From: a virus | Strand: one strand, 5' to 3' | IMG/VR virus record: IMGVR_UViG_3300032093_000074 | Coordinates: 15,214-79,213 of that record | DNA length: 64,000 bases | Part shown: piece by piece, positions 19,223 to 29,169 of the stretch | Layout of the letters: every line of letters begins with the position of its first letter | Numbering within the stretch: position 1 is the stretch's first letter | Translations under genes and position numbers: made by a program | Notes under the pieces: generated by a model | Databases searched by the model: none | What the model was told of the DNA's origin: nothing | What the model saw: the letters and a program-made list of their open reading frames with translations, nothing else

Positions 19223-20286
19223 ACCACCAAAACTGGGTCGGGCACAACGACCCGAAACTTGGCTACGGTTCGATGCTGGACGGTTTCAAAACCGCTGCAC
19301 CGAAAACGGTTGTGTTTACAGACAAGGCTTCTGTGTCGGTGCATATGCAGGTGCCGGAAGCGGTGAAAGGGTGGTGGCGTGACGCCCACCGAGTCCTGTT
19401 TACGATGTGGGAAACAGACACGATGCCGGACCGGTTCAAACCGTGGCTCAACCAGTTTGACCAAATCCTTGTCCCATGCGAAGACAATGTTGAACTGTTC
19501 AGCCCGTACCATCCGGTTGTCCGCCATGTCCCGTTGGGGGTGGACACAAAGTTTTGGTGCGCCCAACCGAAACAACCAGGGCCGTATCGGTTCCATGCTG
19601 GGGGGTCTTTGTGGAAGCGTAAAGGCTTAGATGTGGTTGTGCAAGCGTTCAAAAACCTGCGGTTGGCTGACGCCGAACTACATATCAAAGCGGCACCCCA
19701 CGCATTTGACGCCCCGACAGGCCGGCTGGGGGACAACATTTTTGTGAACCGGAACTGGATGACCCGCACCGAACAACGGGACTGGTACGCCCAAGCTGAC
19801 TGTTTTGTAGCCCCAGCCCGAGGCGAAGGGTTCGGGTTGATGCCTCTCCAAGCTATCTCTATGGGCATCCCCACTATCGTTTCGGCTAGCACCGGTCAGA
19901 AACAGTTTGCGCATCTAGCTACAGGTGTGGTCGGGTGCAGAAAATCTAGGGCAGAAACTTGCGGTCACTGGGATGAACCTAGCCTTGCCGAGTTGGAGGA
20001 ACAGATGATGCGCCACTACACGGACCGGCTAACGGTGCCGAGCGGGGTTCAACAGTTTTCGTGGACGGCTTCAACCAAGAAACTTGTCGCAGCGGTACCT
20101 AAAGGCGACGTTTTGGACACCGACGAGTGGGTGTTGCCGGAGGTGGATGTCCGGGTGAAAGCGTTGCGGACCGTGAATGCGACTGTCGGGAAAGAAACGT
20201 ATCGGTTCAAAACGGGGGAGGAAGGCAAAGTTCCGCTCGGGGTTTTTGAAGTATTATCAGGGTCAGGAGCTTTGGAGGTTCTATGA
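19219..20286 (+). CDS. glycosyltransferase, GT-B fold (GT4-like)
   Basis: WKRKGLD and EGFGLMPLQAISMGIPTIV motifs. Confidence 0.85.
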   Translation: MNHQNWVGHNDPKLGYGSMLDGFKTAAPKTVVFTDKASVSVHMQVPEAVKGWWRDAHRVLFTMWETDTMPDRFKPWLNQFDQILVPCEDNVELFSPYHPVVRHVPLGVDTKFWCAQPKQPGPYRFHAGGSLWKRKGLDVVVQAFKNLRLADAELHIKAAPHAFDAPTGRLGDNIFVNRNWMTRTEQRDWYAQADCFVAPARGEGFGLMPLQAISMGIPTIVSASTGQKQFAHLATGVVGCRKSRAETCGHWDEPSLAELEEQMMRHYTDRLTVPSGVQQFSWTASTKKLVAAVPKGDVLDTDEWVLPEVDVRVKALRTVNATVGKETYRFKTGEEGKVPLGVFEVLSGSGALEVL

Positions 20287-20555
20287 CTATCGAATATCGG
20301 GGCGAAAAGTTCGCCGGTTACAACAAGCCGAAACGGACACCGAACGCCAACAAATCTCATGCTGTCTTAGCCAAGGAGGGCAGCAAGGTGAAGTTGATTC
20401 GTTTCGGTCAGCAGGGTGTGTCTGGTTCCCCGAAGAAGGCTGGGGAATCTGAGGCGTACCGGAAGCGTCGTGAATCGTTCAAGGCCCGCCACGCTTCGAA
20501 CATCGCCAAGGGCAAGATGTCTGCGGCTTACTGGGCTGACAAAGTAAAGTGGTAA
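20283..20555 (+). CDS. small basic conserved phage protein
   Basis: KLIRFGQQG...SFKARH...SAAYWADKVKW pattern seen in many aquatic phages; function unknown. Confidence 0.7.
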   Translation: MTIEYRGEKFAGYNKPKRTPNANKSHAVLAKEGSKVKLIRFGQQGVSGSPKKAGESEAYRKRRESFKARHASNIAKGKMSAAYWADKVKW

Positions 20556-20567
20556 GGTACTAGAGAT

Positions 20568-20909
20568 ATGGCTGCTCCCGCTAAACAAGACTTGACTATC
20601 GTTCGTGGTGACACCGAGATTGTCGACGTGACCCTCACCACCGATGGGTCTACCCCTATCAATATCACGGGCCGCACCTATGCCTCGCAGATGCGTACCA
20701 CCCCCGACATTGCTGCTATCGCCATTACGGGTACTTGCACGATTGTGGACGGCGCAGCAGGCGAGATGCGTGTCACGTTTTCTGCTACGGACACCGCTGA
20801 CCTTGACCCAGGCTACCTGTATTGGGACTTGCAGGAAACGGCTGGCAGCACGGTTTCCACGATTCTTGCTGGGACTGTCACCGTTCTTGCCGATGTAACG
20901 AGGCTGTAG
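20568..20909 (+). CDS. Ig/BppU-N-like virion protein
   Basis: IVRGDT...YWDLQ...TILAG...ADVTR; homologous to 61363-61713. Confidence 0.65.
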   Translation: MAAPAKQDLTIVRGDTEIVDVTLTTDGSTPINITGRTYASQMRTTPDIAAIAITGTCTIVDGAAGEMRVTFSATDTADLDPGYLYWDLQETAGSTVSTILAGTVTVLADVTRL

Positions 20910-20910
20910 C

Positions 20911-22251
20911 ATGACCACTACTCAGGTGGTTGTCGCTGTCGAAAGCGAACCAGTTACCCTCACGAAAACTGGCAACACCTATTTGGTTTCTTTGGCTGAC
21001 CCTGCTGTTCCGGTTGAGGTTGGTACGAAGGTTACGATTATTGCGTCTGAGAACACGGGGCCTCAGGGTGTGCAGGGACCGCAGGGCGCTACTGGTGCTA
21101 CCGGCTCGCAGGGTTTCACGGGCGCTCAGGGCGCTCAGGGGCCTCAGGGCGCACAAGGTACGCAGGGTCCACAAGGTACGCAAGGTACGCAAGGTACACA
21201 AGGACCCCAGGGTGCGCAGGGTTCGACAGGGCCACAGGGTTCTACCGGCGCTCAGGGACCTCAGGGGGCGCAGGGAGATATCGGCCCGCAAGGTTTGACC
21301 GGCCCGCAAGGTTCTACCGGAGCAACAGGCGCACAAGGCGACATCGGACCCCAAGGAGCGCAAGGCCCGCAAGGTACGCAAGGCCCGCAGGGGGCACAAG
21401 GCCCGCAAGGTGATGTGGGGCCTCAAGGCGCTACCGGCCCCCAAGGACCTCAAGGTGTACAAGGCCCACAAGGAACAACAGGAGCGCAAGGCCCGCAAGG
21501 TTCGGATGGGCAGTCGGCAAGTTTCTACGACTACCTAGCCAAAACGTCGCTCATCGGCGGCGACCCGCTGTCTGGGTTCATCATCTGGAACAGCGCCACC
21601 CAATCTGCCGCAACACAAATCAACGTCAGCCACACCGACCAAGACGGCTACGACATTGACATCTTCTTGGCGACAATCAAAGCCAACGACACAATCATTC
21701 TCCAAGACAAGTCTCTGCACACGAACTACCAGAAATGGACTGTCTCGTCGGCCCCTGTCGTGCAGGTTGACTACATCGAGATTCCCGTCACGCTCGTTAC
21801 TTCGACGTACAGTTTCCCGAACAACCAGCCGATGCTGTTTGTCATCTCGGCTATCGGTGCCCAAGGCCCGCAAGGTGCACAGGGTGCTACTGGCCCGCAG
21901 GGAGCGCAGGGTGCTACTGGTTCGCAGGGTCCTCAGGGTGACATCGGCCCGCAGGGGGCGCAGGGACCTCAGGGTGCAACAGGTCCTCAGGGACCACAAG
22001 GAGATATCGGCCCTCAAGGTGCTACAGGTCCCCAAGGTTCGACTGGTGCTACTGGTGCCCAAGGCCCGCAGGGACCGCAAGGTTTCACCACTTTGTCTGC
22101 TGCTACCGATGTCGCTATCTCGTCCCCGTTGACGGGTCAGGCCCTTGTGTACAATCAAACCCTGAGCAAATGGGTGAACACGACAGCATCCACCGACCCG
22201 ATGAACGACTCGAAGTTCACGGCGATTATCACGACAGATGTAGGAGCATGA
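20911..22251 (+). CDS. collagen-like tail fibre/whisker protein (copy 1)
   Basis: Two long G-X-Y (GPQ/GAQ/GAT) tracts around a globular insert. Confidence 0.9.
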   Translation: MTTTQVVVAVESEPVTLTKTGNTYLVSLADPAVPVEVGTKVTIIASENTGPQGVQGPQGATGATGSQGFTGAQGAQGPQGAQGTQGPQGTQGTQGTQGPQGAQGSTGPQGSTGAQGPQGAQGDIGPQGLTGPQGSTGATGAQGDIGPQGAQGPQGTQGPQGAQGPQGDVGPQGATGPQGPQGVQGPQGTTGAQGPQGSDGQSASFYDYLAKTSLIGGDPLSGFIIWNSATQSAATQINVSHTDQDGYDIDIFLATIKANDTIILQDKSLHTNYQKWTVSSAPVVQVDYIEIPVTLVTSTYSFPNNQPMLFVISAIGAQGPQGAQGATGPQGAQGATGSQGPQGDIGPQGAQGPQGATGPQGPQGDIGPQGATGPQGSTGATGAQGPQGPQGFTTLSAATDVAISSPLTGQALVYNQTLSKWVNTTASTDPMNDSKFTAIITTDVGA

Positions 22252-22667
22252 CATGGCTGTAGGCGACAGGACTGAGAAACGGCTTGTCGGGCCGGTTGCT
22301 TTGACGAACGCTAATGCTTCGGTTGGTTCGGCTGTGCCTTCGGCAAGGGTGTGGGTTATCAAGCAGTTCGCTATCTGCAACACGGATGGTTCGGACAGAG
22401 TGTTTTATTTGGCGGTGGGGTCGGCTGCGACGGCTGCGAACCGGATTTTTTCTGCGTTGCCGATTGCTGCGGGTGACACGATTATTTGGGATACGGCGTT
22501 GACGATGACGGCGACTGAGCAGTTGTTCGGGTATGCGGATACTGGGTCGGTTGTGACTGTGACTGCTGTGGGTTGGGAGAAGGAAGTCTAGTGGGGGTTT
22601 CTAACGGTATTGGCGGCACTATCGGGGCGTTGCCTCCTGGTGTTGTGATGCCGTATGCGGGTCCTTC
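21228..22667 (+). repeat. long direct repeat, copy 1 (matches 62561-64000; probably extends further right)
   Basis: Near-identical sequence at offset 41,333 with scattered substitutions. Confidence 0.95.
22253..22591 (+). CDS. virion structural protein (copy 1)
   Basis: 112 aa, beta-rich; differs by 2 aa from 63586-63924. Confidence 0.8.
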   Translation: MAVGDRTEKRLVGPVALTNANASVGSAVPSARVWVIKQFAICNTDGSDRVFYLAVGSAATAANRIFSALPIAAGDTIIWDTALTMTATEQLFGYADTGSVVTVTAVGWEKEV

Positions 22668-23226
22668 TGCTCCTGCGAACTGGTTGTTGTGTGGCGGGCA
22701 GGCGGTGTCTCGCACGGATTATGGCTCGTTGTTTGCTGTTATTGGGACAACGTATGGTTCAGGCGATGGCTCGACCACGTTCAATGTTCCTGACCTTCGT
22801 GGTCGTGTTGTTGCTGGCGAAGACGACATGGGTGGGACTGCCGCCAACCGTTTGACTTCAGGTGGTTCCGGTATTACGGGGACAACATTGGGGGCTAGTG
22901 GTGGTGCCCAAACGCATACGCTGACCTCGGCAGAGATGCCAAGCCATACGCACGTTCAAGATTCGCACAACCACACCCAAAACGCCCATAGCCACGGACC
23001 AGGAAACGAAACAAGATTCGTCACTAACAGCGGGCAACTTATTGCCGGTTTGACTGCGGGGAACGCTCTGTACAGCCCATTTAATGCTTCCACATCAACA
23101 GCAAACGCAACAGCAACCAACATTGCTACTACCGCAACTAACCAAAACACGGGTGGCGGTGGGGCGCACAACAACGTGCAGCCGACGATGGTTATGAACT
23201 ACATCATTAAAGCGAGCAACTACTGA
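22591..23226 (+). CDS. phage tail-collar domain protein
   Basis: PPGVVMPYAG..AP.NWLLC.GQAVSRTDY..LFAVIGTTYG.GDGSTTFNVPDLRGR. Confidence 0.9.
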   Translation: MGVSNGIGGTIGALPPGVVMPYAGPSAPANWLLCGGQAVSRTDYGSLFAVIGTTYGSGDGSTTFNVPDLRGRVVAGEDDMGGTAANRLTSGGSGITGTTLGASGGAQTHTLTSAEMPSHTHVQDSHNHTQNAHSHGPGNETRFVTNSGQLIAGLTAGNALYSPFNASTSTANATATNIATTATNQNTGGGGAHNNVQPTMVMNYIIKASNY

Positions 23227-23951
23227 TGCCCATCTCTAACTATGTTCCGACCTCTGCGATTGCCCGTCCTGGGGTGTGCACCAGCACGACTCGTCCTGCC
23301 AGCCCTTTTGAGGGGCAGGTTATTTATGAGACTGACACGGACCTGATTCGGGTGTGGACTGGTGCGTTGTGGGAAATCGTTATCAACACAACAAAAACGT
23401 ATGCGAATGAAGCAGCCCGTAACGCTGCAATCCCGACTCCGTACGAGGGCTTGGAAGTGTATTTGACAGCACCTACTGCCCCTGCTGCTACGGGTGGTTC
23501 TACGTTTATCCCTGCTGGCATCAAGACTGTGTATGACGGGTCTAACTGGGTATGCGTAACCGAGGTGTCTGCCCGAACCGACACGTCAGGCACAGTTGAT
23601 GTGAACCCTTGGGTTGCTCTCACGGGTGGTGGTACGGCTCCTACTGTCACGCTCACGACGGGGACAAAGGCGTTGGTTACCTTGCAATCACGGGTTGTTT
23701 GTTCCGTCACATCAACGCAGTTGTTTTACCTTGGCGTTGTCGTTACGGGAGCAAGCACAATCGGTGTCAATAGTTATTGGTCAACAGGCAGACCGTCGTC
23801 AAATACCAGTGACCAGTATATTAATGGGAGTTTTATTGTGACAGGTTTGACCCCTGGCTCTAACACATTTGGTATTCAATATGGGCGCACCAATGTTGGT
23901 GGTGCTGTTACTTTTGCTGACCGACAGATTACGGCTGTGGGGTTGTTGTGA
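23226..23951 (+). CDS. minor tail/fibre protein
   Basis: N-terminal PGVCTSTTRP...GQVIYETDT module; T/G/S-rich. Confidence 0.75.
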   Translation: MPISNYVPTSAIARPGVCTSTTRPASPFEGQVIYETDTDLIRVWTGALWEIVINTTKTYANEAARNAAIPTPYEGLEVYLTAPTAPAATGGSTFIPAGIKTVYDGSNWVCVTEVSARTDTSGTVDVNPWVALTGGGTAPTVTLTTGTKALVTLQSRVVCSVTSTQLFYLGVVVTGASTIGVNSYWSTGRPSSNTSDQYINGSFIVTGLTPGSNTFGIQYGRTNVGGAVTFADRQITAVGLL

Positions 23952-24637
23952 GTATTTCGTCGTCTGCTACAGGGCTAAAGCCTGGGGTTTGCACCTCGAC
24001 CACCCGACCCACCAACCCGTACCTCGGACAGATTATCTACGAGACTGACACGGGCTATCTGCGGGTGTGGGACGGGGCAAACTGGGACTATCTTAGCCAG
24101 AAGCAAGACGACACCGTTGGTCTTGGACCTGTCGGCGGCTTGGTGTATATCAACACGCTCACACTTTCCAGCGTGGCTACAGGGTCAATCAACTCCGTTT
24201 TCAGTTCCACATACCAAAACTACCGCCTCGTCATTCGGTCAGGAGCGGCAAGCGCAAACACGGCGCTTTTCATCCAGTTCCGAGCCGGGGCCACCGCCTA
24301 CACCACAGCCGACCAAGACTATGGCTTAGTGGGAATCAACATGGCGACCGGCGCAGCCGACAACGCATCCAGCGGCACAGCCGTAGGAATGTACATCGGC
24401 AACGTGCCAACCACAGCCGGACGGCACCTAGCAATCGTTGATATTACAAACCCATTTGAAACAACCTTCACCGTCTCATCCATTGACGCAATCTTCCAAG
24501 ACTCCGGTGGCGCTCTTTCTAGAAGGGGCGGCGGGATAGTGCCAACCAGCACAAGTTACGATGGCTTTCAAATCACAACAAACGGAGCGCCGACCGTTTC
24601 AACCGTGTGCCGCATTTACGGTTACCGCAACTCGTGA
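23948..24637 (+). CDS. minor tail/fibre protein
   Basis: Same N-terminal module; VFSSTYQNYR...IYGYRN C-terminal domain. Confidence 0.75.
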   Translation: MSISSSATGLKPGVCTSTTRPTNPYLGQIIYETDTGYLRVWDGANWDYLSQKQDDTVGLGPVGGLVYINTLTLSSVATGSINSVFSSTYQNYRLVIRSGAASANTALFIQFRAGATAYTTADQDYGLVGINMATGAADNASSGTAVGMYIGNVPTTAGRHLAIVDITNPFETTFTVSSIDAIFQDSGGALSRRGGGIVPTSTSYDGFQITTNGAPTVSTVCRIYGYRNS

Positions 24638-25437
24638 TTTCTGTAATCACCTGCACCTATAACACCCCACCAGACGTACTCGCCCGCACCTGGGCCTCCC
24701 TCAAAAACCAAACCCACACAGACTGGGAATGGGTCATCCTCGACGACAGCCCAGGCTGGGAAACCCACCGCCAACTCTACGGATACTGCGCCGACGAACG
24801 CTACCAAATCCGCATCTACCGGCCCCACACCCCCAGCAACGGCAACATCGGAGCCGTCAAACACGATGCCTTCATGCTCGGCAGAGGCGAACTCCTAGTC
24901 GAACTAGACCACGACGACGAGTTGACCCCCGACGCACTCACCACCATCCAACAATACGCAGACAAAGTACCCTACTCAGGCTTCTTCTACTCCGACTGGT
25001 GCGAAATCCTCCCAGACGGACAATCAGGCCGCTACCCCGACGGCTGGGCCTTCGGATACGGCGACCACTACTGGGACGAAACCCACCAAGTCTGGGCAAT
25101 GAAAGCCCCCGAAATCAACCGCACCACCCTCTCCCACATCGTCTCAGCCCCCAACCATGTACGAGTCTGGCGCAGCGATGTCTACCACCGGCTCGGAGGA
25201 CACAACCCAGACCTCCCCATAGCCGACGACTACGAACTCTGCGTACGCACAGCCCTCGCCACCCGCATGACCCACATCCCCAAAATGCTGTACAAGCAAC
25301 ACATCGGGAACCACACCGCCCAACGCCAACGCAACGGCCTGATACAACAACTTGTCGCCGAGATCAGCTCGACCCATGCAGCTGACATCGCCCAGATATA
25401 CCGCGATGTAGAGACGCCGGCCCCCTCAAAAGAGTAG
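24634..25437 (+). CDS. glycosyltransferase, GT-A fold (GT2-like)
   Basis: ISVITCTYN, WEWVILDDS, ELDHDD, ADDYEL. Confidence 0.9.
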   Translation: MISVITCTYNTPPDVLARTWASLKNQTHTDWEWVILDDSPGWETHRQLYGYCADERYQIRIYRPHTPSNGNIGAVKHDAFMLGRGELLVELDHDDELTPDALTTIQQYADKVPYSGFFYSDWCEILPDGQSGRYPDGWAFGYGDHYWDETHQVWAMKAPEINRTTLSHIVSAPNHVRVWRSDVYHRLGGHNPDLPIADDYELCVRTALATRMTHIPKMLYKQHIGNHTAQRQRNGLIQQLVAEISSTHAADIAQIYRDVETPAPSKE

Positions 25438-25447
25438 ACTCCGACCC

Positions 25448-26071
25448 ATGAACCGTGGCGAGCTCCGCACCGAAATCAAAAACCGGTTAGCGATCCCCTC
25501 CTCCGGCGACGGACTCATCACCGACACCGTCGTCAACCAGGCGATCACCGACGCCCTGAACGTCATGGTCACCACCCGAGACTGGCCGTGGCTTGTCGCC
25601 AGCCAACAACTCGCCTTCCCCGCCAACATCAACTCTGCCGAACTGCCCTGCGACTTCGTCCGAGCGAAAGAGCTTGTCGTCAACGGCCAACCCGTCCCAT
25701 ACGTCGACCTCAACCAGTTCATCAACACCGCCGACTACTCCGGCTGGCCCTACCAGTGGACAATCGTCGGCAACCAGGTGCAGATATCGCCGACATCGAG
25801 CCAAATGATTCTGGCGACCATGTACTACTACAAGACCGAACCCGAAATGACCGTAGATTCTCAAGAACCGGTCATGCCAGGCTTCCTCCACCAGTGGATC
25901 GTCGCCTACGGAGCGTACCTGTGCGCCCTACGCCGGCAAGACGAGGGCCGCGCAGCTGTCTACATGGCCCAATCCAACGATCTGATGAACCGGATGCGGG
26001 ACGATGTCCGACGCAAAACTGGCCGGAAGATCCAAGTCGCGCCCCGCGTCTCCTACGCTAACTGGCAGTAA
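25448..26071 (+). CDS. head-tail adaptor / tail tubular protein A-like (B)
   Basis: ~200 aa, INQA...WPW...LP.DF...YY...P; podovirus gene order. Confidence 0.7.
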   Translation: MNRGELRTEIKNRLAIPSSGDGLITDTVVNQAITDALNVMVTTRDWPWLVASQQLAFPANINSAELPCDFVRAKELVVNGQPVPYVDLNQFINTADYSGWPYQWTIVGNQVQISPTSSQMILATMYYYKTEPEMTVDSQEPVMPGFLHQWIVAYGAYLCALRRQDEGRAAVYMAQSNDLMNRMRDDVRRKTGRKIQVAPRVSYANWQ

Positions 26072-27708
26072 TGGCTACCCGCATCGTCGAATGGGACGAC
26101 TTCACGGGCGGCTTCTATGTTGGGCCGTCAGCTACGAAGCAGCCCCGCAACACGTTCACCGGCGACAACGTGGCGGTCGCTATGGACGACGCGACCCTGA
26201 TCCCGATGTACGAGCCAACGCAGCTCACCCTGACCGGCACCGACACCGCCTCGGGCCTGATAAACAACACTGGCCTCACTGAGATCAGCAAGCCGGCCTG
26301 CTTGGACCGGATGATGGTGTTCACCGCCAAAACCGCGTCAGTTGCCTACCTGTATGCGATCAACACCGAGACTAGCGCCGTCACCCGTTTCACCCTCACG
26401 CTGGCAGGCAGCGTTGCCGATTTTGTTATCTCCACCCCAGTAATGATTAACAAACTGGGGAGCACCAACATTGACATCTACGTTCCTGGCGACCTCAACC
26501 GGATCATGCTTGTCGGCATTGGTGGAACCGGCACATTTGGCACCCAAGTCAACGTTGACATCACTGCGCTCATGACCGCGACCGGCCAAACGAGGCTCAC
26601 CAACCTTGTCATTTGGGGAGCCCGGATGATCGGCTGGACAACCTCCGCATACCTGTTCTTCAGCGGAGCAGCAGCTTTCAGCACCACATGGGCGGCCACG
26701 AACTACATCATCATCGGATACGCCGAAGATTCCATCTCGACAATCACTGCCCGCAACTACGACCTGATCGTCGGCAAACCCTCCGGCTGGTTCTCCGTCA
26801 CCGGCGTCCTCTCCTACTCGGCAGCAGTACGCCAGATCAACAACGGCCTCGGCGTCATCCCCACCGACCCCGTCGCCGAATGGAACAACAGCGTCGTATT
26901 CAACGCTGACACCGGCACCGTCAACTACCCCGTCAACCTGTACACCGTCAACGGGGCCCGCGTCACCCCCATGATGTTCCAACGCTTCAGCACGTTGACC
27001 CAAGAGCTCAACATGTCCAAAGGCCCCCTCGGAACATTGCAGGTTTGCCTCACCAACCAAGACTCGTCGACCGCGCTGTCCGGCAGAATGTGGCTTCTCA
27101 ACCAGCAAAACCGTTGGACGAAAACGCAGATCCCGAACGTCACTGGCATCACCCCAGCGACCGGCACACTGTCCTACTACCCAGGCCTCGCCTACGTTTC
27201 GCGGAGCACCGTCTCCATCCAACGCCCCATCCTTGTCATGCAGGTCAGCAAAACTACAGCAGGGGCACTCAAGGTCGGCGTCCACACCGTCAAGCTCCCC
27301 ACCTTTGAACCAGGCCAGACAGCATCCCGCGCCCCGTCAACCGCTACCGCGCTCCTATCCGACTTCAGTTCGCAGGTCCCGATCACCGTCAAAGACGTAT
27401 TCGTGGAAGTAGAAGTAGTCGAGCTGGAAACTGCTAGCGCCTACACAGCGGCCAGTTCCGTCGCGGTACGCACCAACATGAAATATCCCATTGGGGACCT
27501 TGCCGTATCGGTCGGTGACGTGTCGTCTACCAACATGACGACATCCATCACCAATAGCGACATCCCAGGCACCGGCACCCGTTTCATGGGCCGTGTCTAC
27601 CGTTTCAGGCCCGACAACCCTGGCTACGGCTACGGGATCGAGATCCAGATCACGTTCTCCGGCGTCAAGGTCCGGCGCGTCATGGCCGTCATTGAGGAAT
27701 ACAAGTGA
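26071..27708 (+). CDS. tail nozzle / head-stabilisation protein-like (B)
   Basis: DFTGG start, beta-rich 545 aa, follows adaptor. Confidence 0.65.
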   Translation: MATRIVEWDDFTGGFYVGPSATKQPRNTFTGDNVAVAMDDATLIPMYEPTQLTLTGTDTASGLINNTGLTEISKPACLDRMMVFTAKTASVAYLYAINTETSAVTRFTLTLAGSVADFVISTPVMINKLGSTNIDIYVPGDLNRIMLVGIGGTGTFGTQVNVDITALMTATGQTRLTNLVIWGARMIGWTTSAYLFFSGAAAFSTTWAATNYIIIGYAEDSISTITARNYDLIVGKPSGWFSVTGVLSYSAAVRQINNGLGVIPTDPVAEWNNSVVFNADTGTVNYPVNLYTVNGARVTPMMFQRFSTLTQELNMSKGPLGTLQVCLTNQDSSTALSGRMWLLNQQNRWTKTQIPNVTGITPATGTLSYYPGLAYVSRSTVSIQRPILVMQVSKTTAGALKVGVHTVKLPTFEPGQTASRAPSTATALLSDFSSQVPITVKDVFVEVEVVELETASAYTAASSVAVRTNMKYPIGDLAVSVGDVSSTNMTTSITNSDIPGTGTRFMGRVYRFRPDNPGYGYGIEIQITFSGVKVRRVMAVIEEYK

Positions 27709-28436
27709 CCGAAAGGTTCAACGCCAACTCCGAAGGCACCAACATCAGTTCGTCGGGCATTGGCCCCGCAGGCTCTGGCAGCAGCCTTGTCGCGTTGGGC
27801 CTCGGCCAAGGGCCAGGGCAGACCGCCAACAATCAGGAAAACAACCAGTTCGCCCAGTTTGAGTACCCGATTAAATGGGATGACGTCGCTAACGCCCTCG
27901 GCCGGCTCGGCGAGAAACAGAAGGTTGACGAGTTACTGGACGACATGTCGACCCGCGACCGCGTGTTGGAGGACTTTCTCAACACCAACGTAGTGAATGG
28001 TATTGTCGCAGGATCGCGGGTGACCATTGACCGAGCCGCAGGCGTCGTCACAATCACCGCCACCGATCAGATCGCAGCTCTCGGCGCATGGACAACTTTC
28101 ACGCCAGGCCTCACTGGGCAGCTCGGCGGCGTCGCCACGATCACAAACAACGCATCGGCTTACATCAAGCTTGGGTCCATTGTCATTGCGCGGGCATCCT
28201 TCACAGCAACGTTTGCTGTAGCGCAATACCCCACAACGATGACGAACTTCCCGTTCAGCATCAAAGCAGCCGGCGCAGCAGGCACAACCATCGGCACAGG
28301 CTACTCCCGTTTTGACATCACCATGTTTGCGCCAGCATCAGCAAGCACCACCGCCTCAATCACAATCAACCCCGGCACACCGTCAAACCAGCTCGTTTGG
28401 AACACGACAGCAATCACCACCTACGAAGCCGCTTAG
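27705..28436 (+). CDS. minor tail protein
   Basis: WTTFTP...YIKLG...YEAA fibre-tip-like C-terminus. Confidence 0.6.
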   Translation: MTERFNANSEGTNISSSGIGPAGSGSSLVALGLGQGPGQTANNQENNQFAQFEYPIKWDDVANALGRLGEKQKVDELLDDMSTRDRVLEDFLNTNVVNGIVAGSRVTIDRAAGVVTITATDQIAALGAWTTFTPGLTGQLGGVATITNNASAYIKLGSIVIARASFTATFAVAQYPTTMTNFPFSIKAAGAAGTTIGTGYSRFDITMFAPASASTTASITINPGTPSNQLVWNTTAITTYEAA

Positions 28437-28476
28437 CCCGTAGAAAAGTCCTCGCCTTTGTGCAACGATTACCCCC

Positions 28477-28707
28477 ATGTTGTTCAGGACAGCCTTCGTT
28501 GCCATCCTTTTCGCCGCCATCCTCGTCGCCTGCGGTGACCGCTACCGCTACCCCTGCCAAGACCCTGCTAACGCCAACACCCCAGCCTGCGCCGGCCTCG
28601 TCATCGCCCCGCCAACCACCTGCCCTACCCCGACCACGCTCCGCACCAAAAACAAGGCACTAGGCGTCACCGGCAGCACCATCTACGGGCCCGCAGCACC
28701 ATGCTGA
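28477..28707 (+). CDS. putative lipoprotein in lysis cassette
   Basis: Signal peptide ending LVAC (lipobox), YRYPCQDP. Confidence 0.65.
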   Translation: MLFRTAFVAILFAAILVACGDRYRYPCQDPANANTPACAGLVIAPPTTCPTPTTLRTKNKALGVTGSTIYGPAAPC

Positions 28708-28985
28708 ACCGCGACCGAACCCGCCTCACCCCCGAGGATCTCAACGCTCGACTCCGATTCGCAGTCGGCCTCACCCTCGCCGGAGTCCTCGCCTTCACAA
28801 TGGGCGCTGTGCTCTACTCGTTGATCTACGTTACGCAGCCAATGGAGCAAAGCCCCAACGACAAAGCGTTCTTCGATCTCATCACCCCGATAGCCACGTT
28901 CCTCGTAGGCACCCTGTCAGGCGTGATGGTCGCTGGCAATAACAACCGGAAGGACAAAACCAATGAAACTGACAGCAGCACATAA
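28701..28985 (+). CDS. two-TM membrane protein (lysis cassette)
   Basis: Two hydrophobic helices. Confidence 0.65.
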   Translation: MLNRDRTRLTPEDLNARLRFAVGLTLAGVLAFTMGAVLYSLIYVTQPMEQSPNDKAFFDLITPIATFLVGTLSGVMVAGNNNRKDKTNETDSST

Positions 28986-29169
28986 AGCCCTAGTGGCCTC
29001 CTACGCCCGATCCGTAGTCGGAGCTGGCGTCGCCGCCTACATCGCTTCCGGCCAAGACTGGAAAGCCGCCCTCAACGCCCTGTGGGCTGCCGCGCTGCCA
29101 GTCATCATGCGCTACCTGAACCCCGCCGACACCGCGTTCGGAAAGGGCTCAGCCAATGGCAACGGGTAA
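28963..29169 (+). CDS. putative holin
   Basis: SYARS...RYLNP.D.AFG small membrane protein directly before endolysin. Confidence 0.65.
   Translation: MKLTAAHKALVASYARSVVGAGVAAYIASGQDWKAALNALWAAALPVIMRYLNPADTAFGKGSANGNG

Noticed and set aside
21228-22667. Diversity-generating retroelement TR/VR pair
   Set aside because: No reverse transcriptase seen; repeat is kilobase-scale and differences are not adenine-specific
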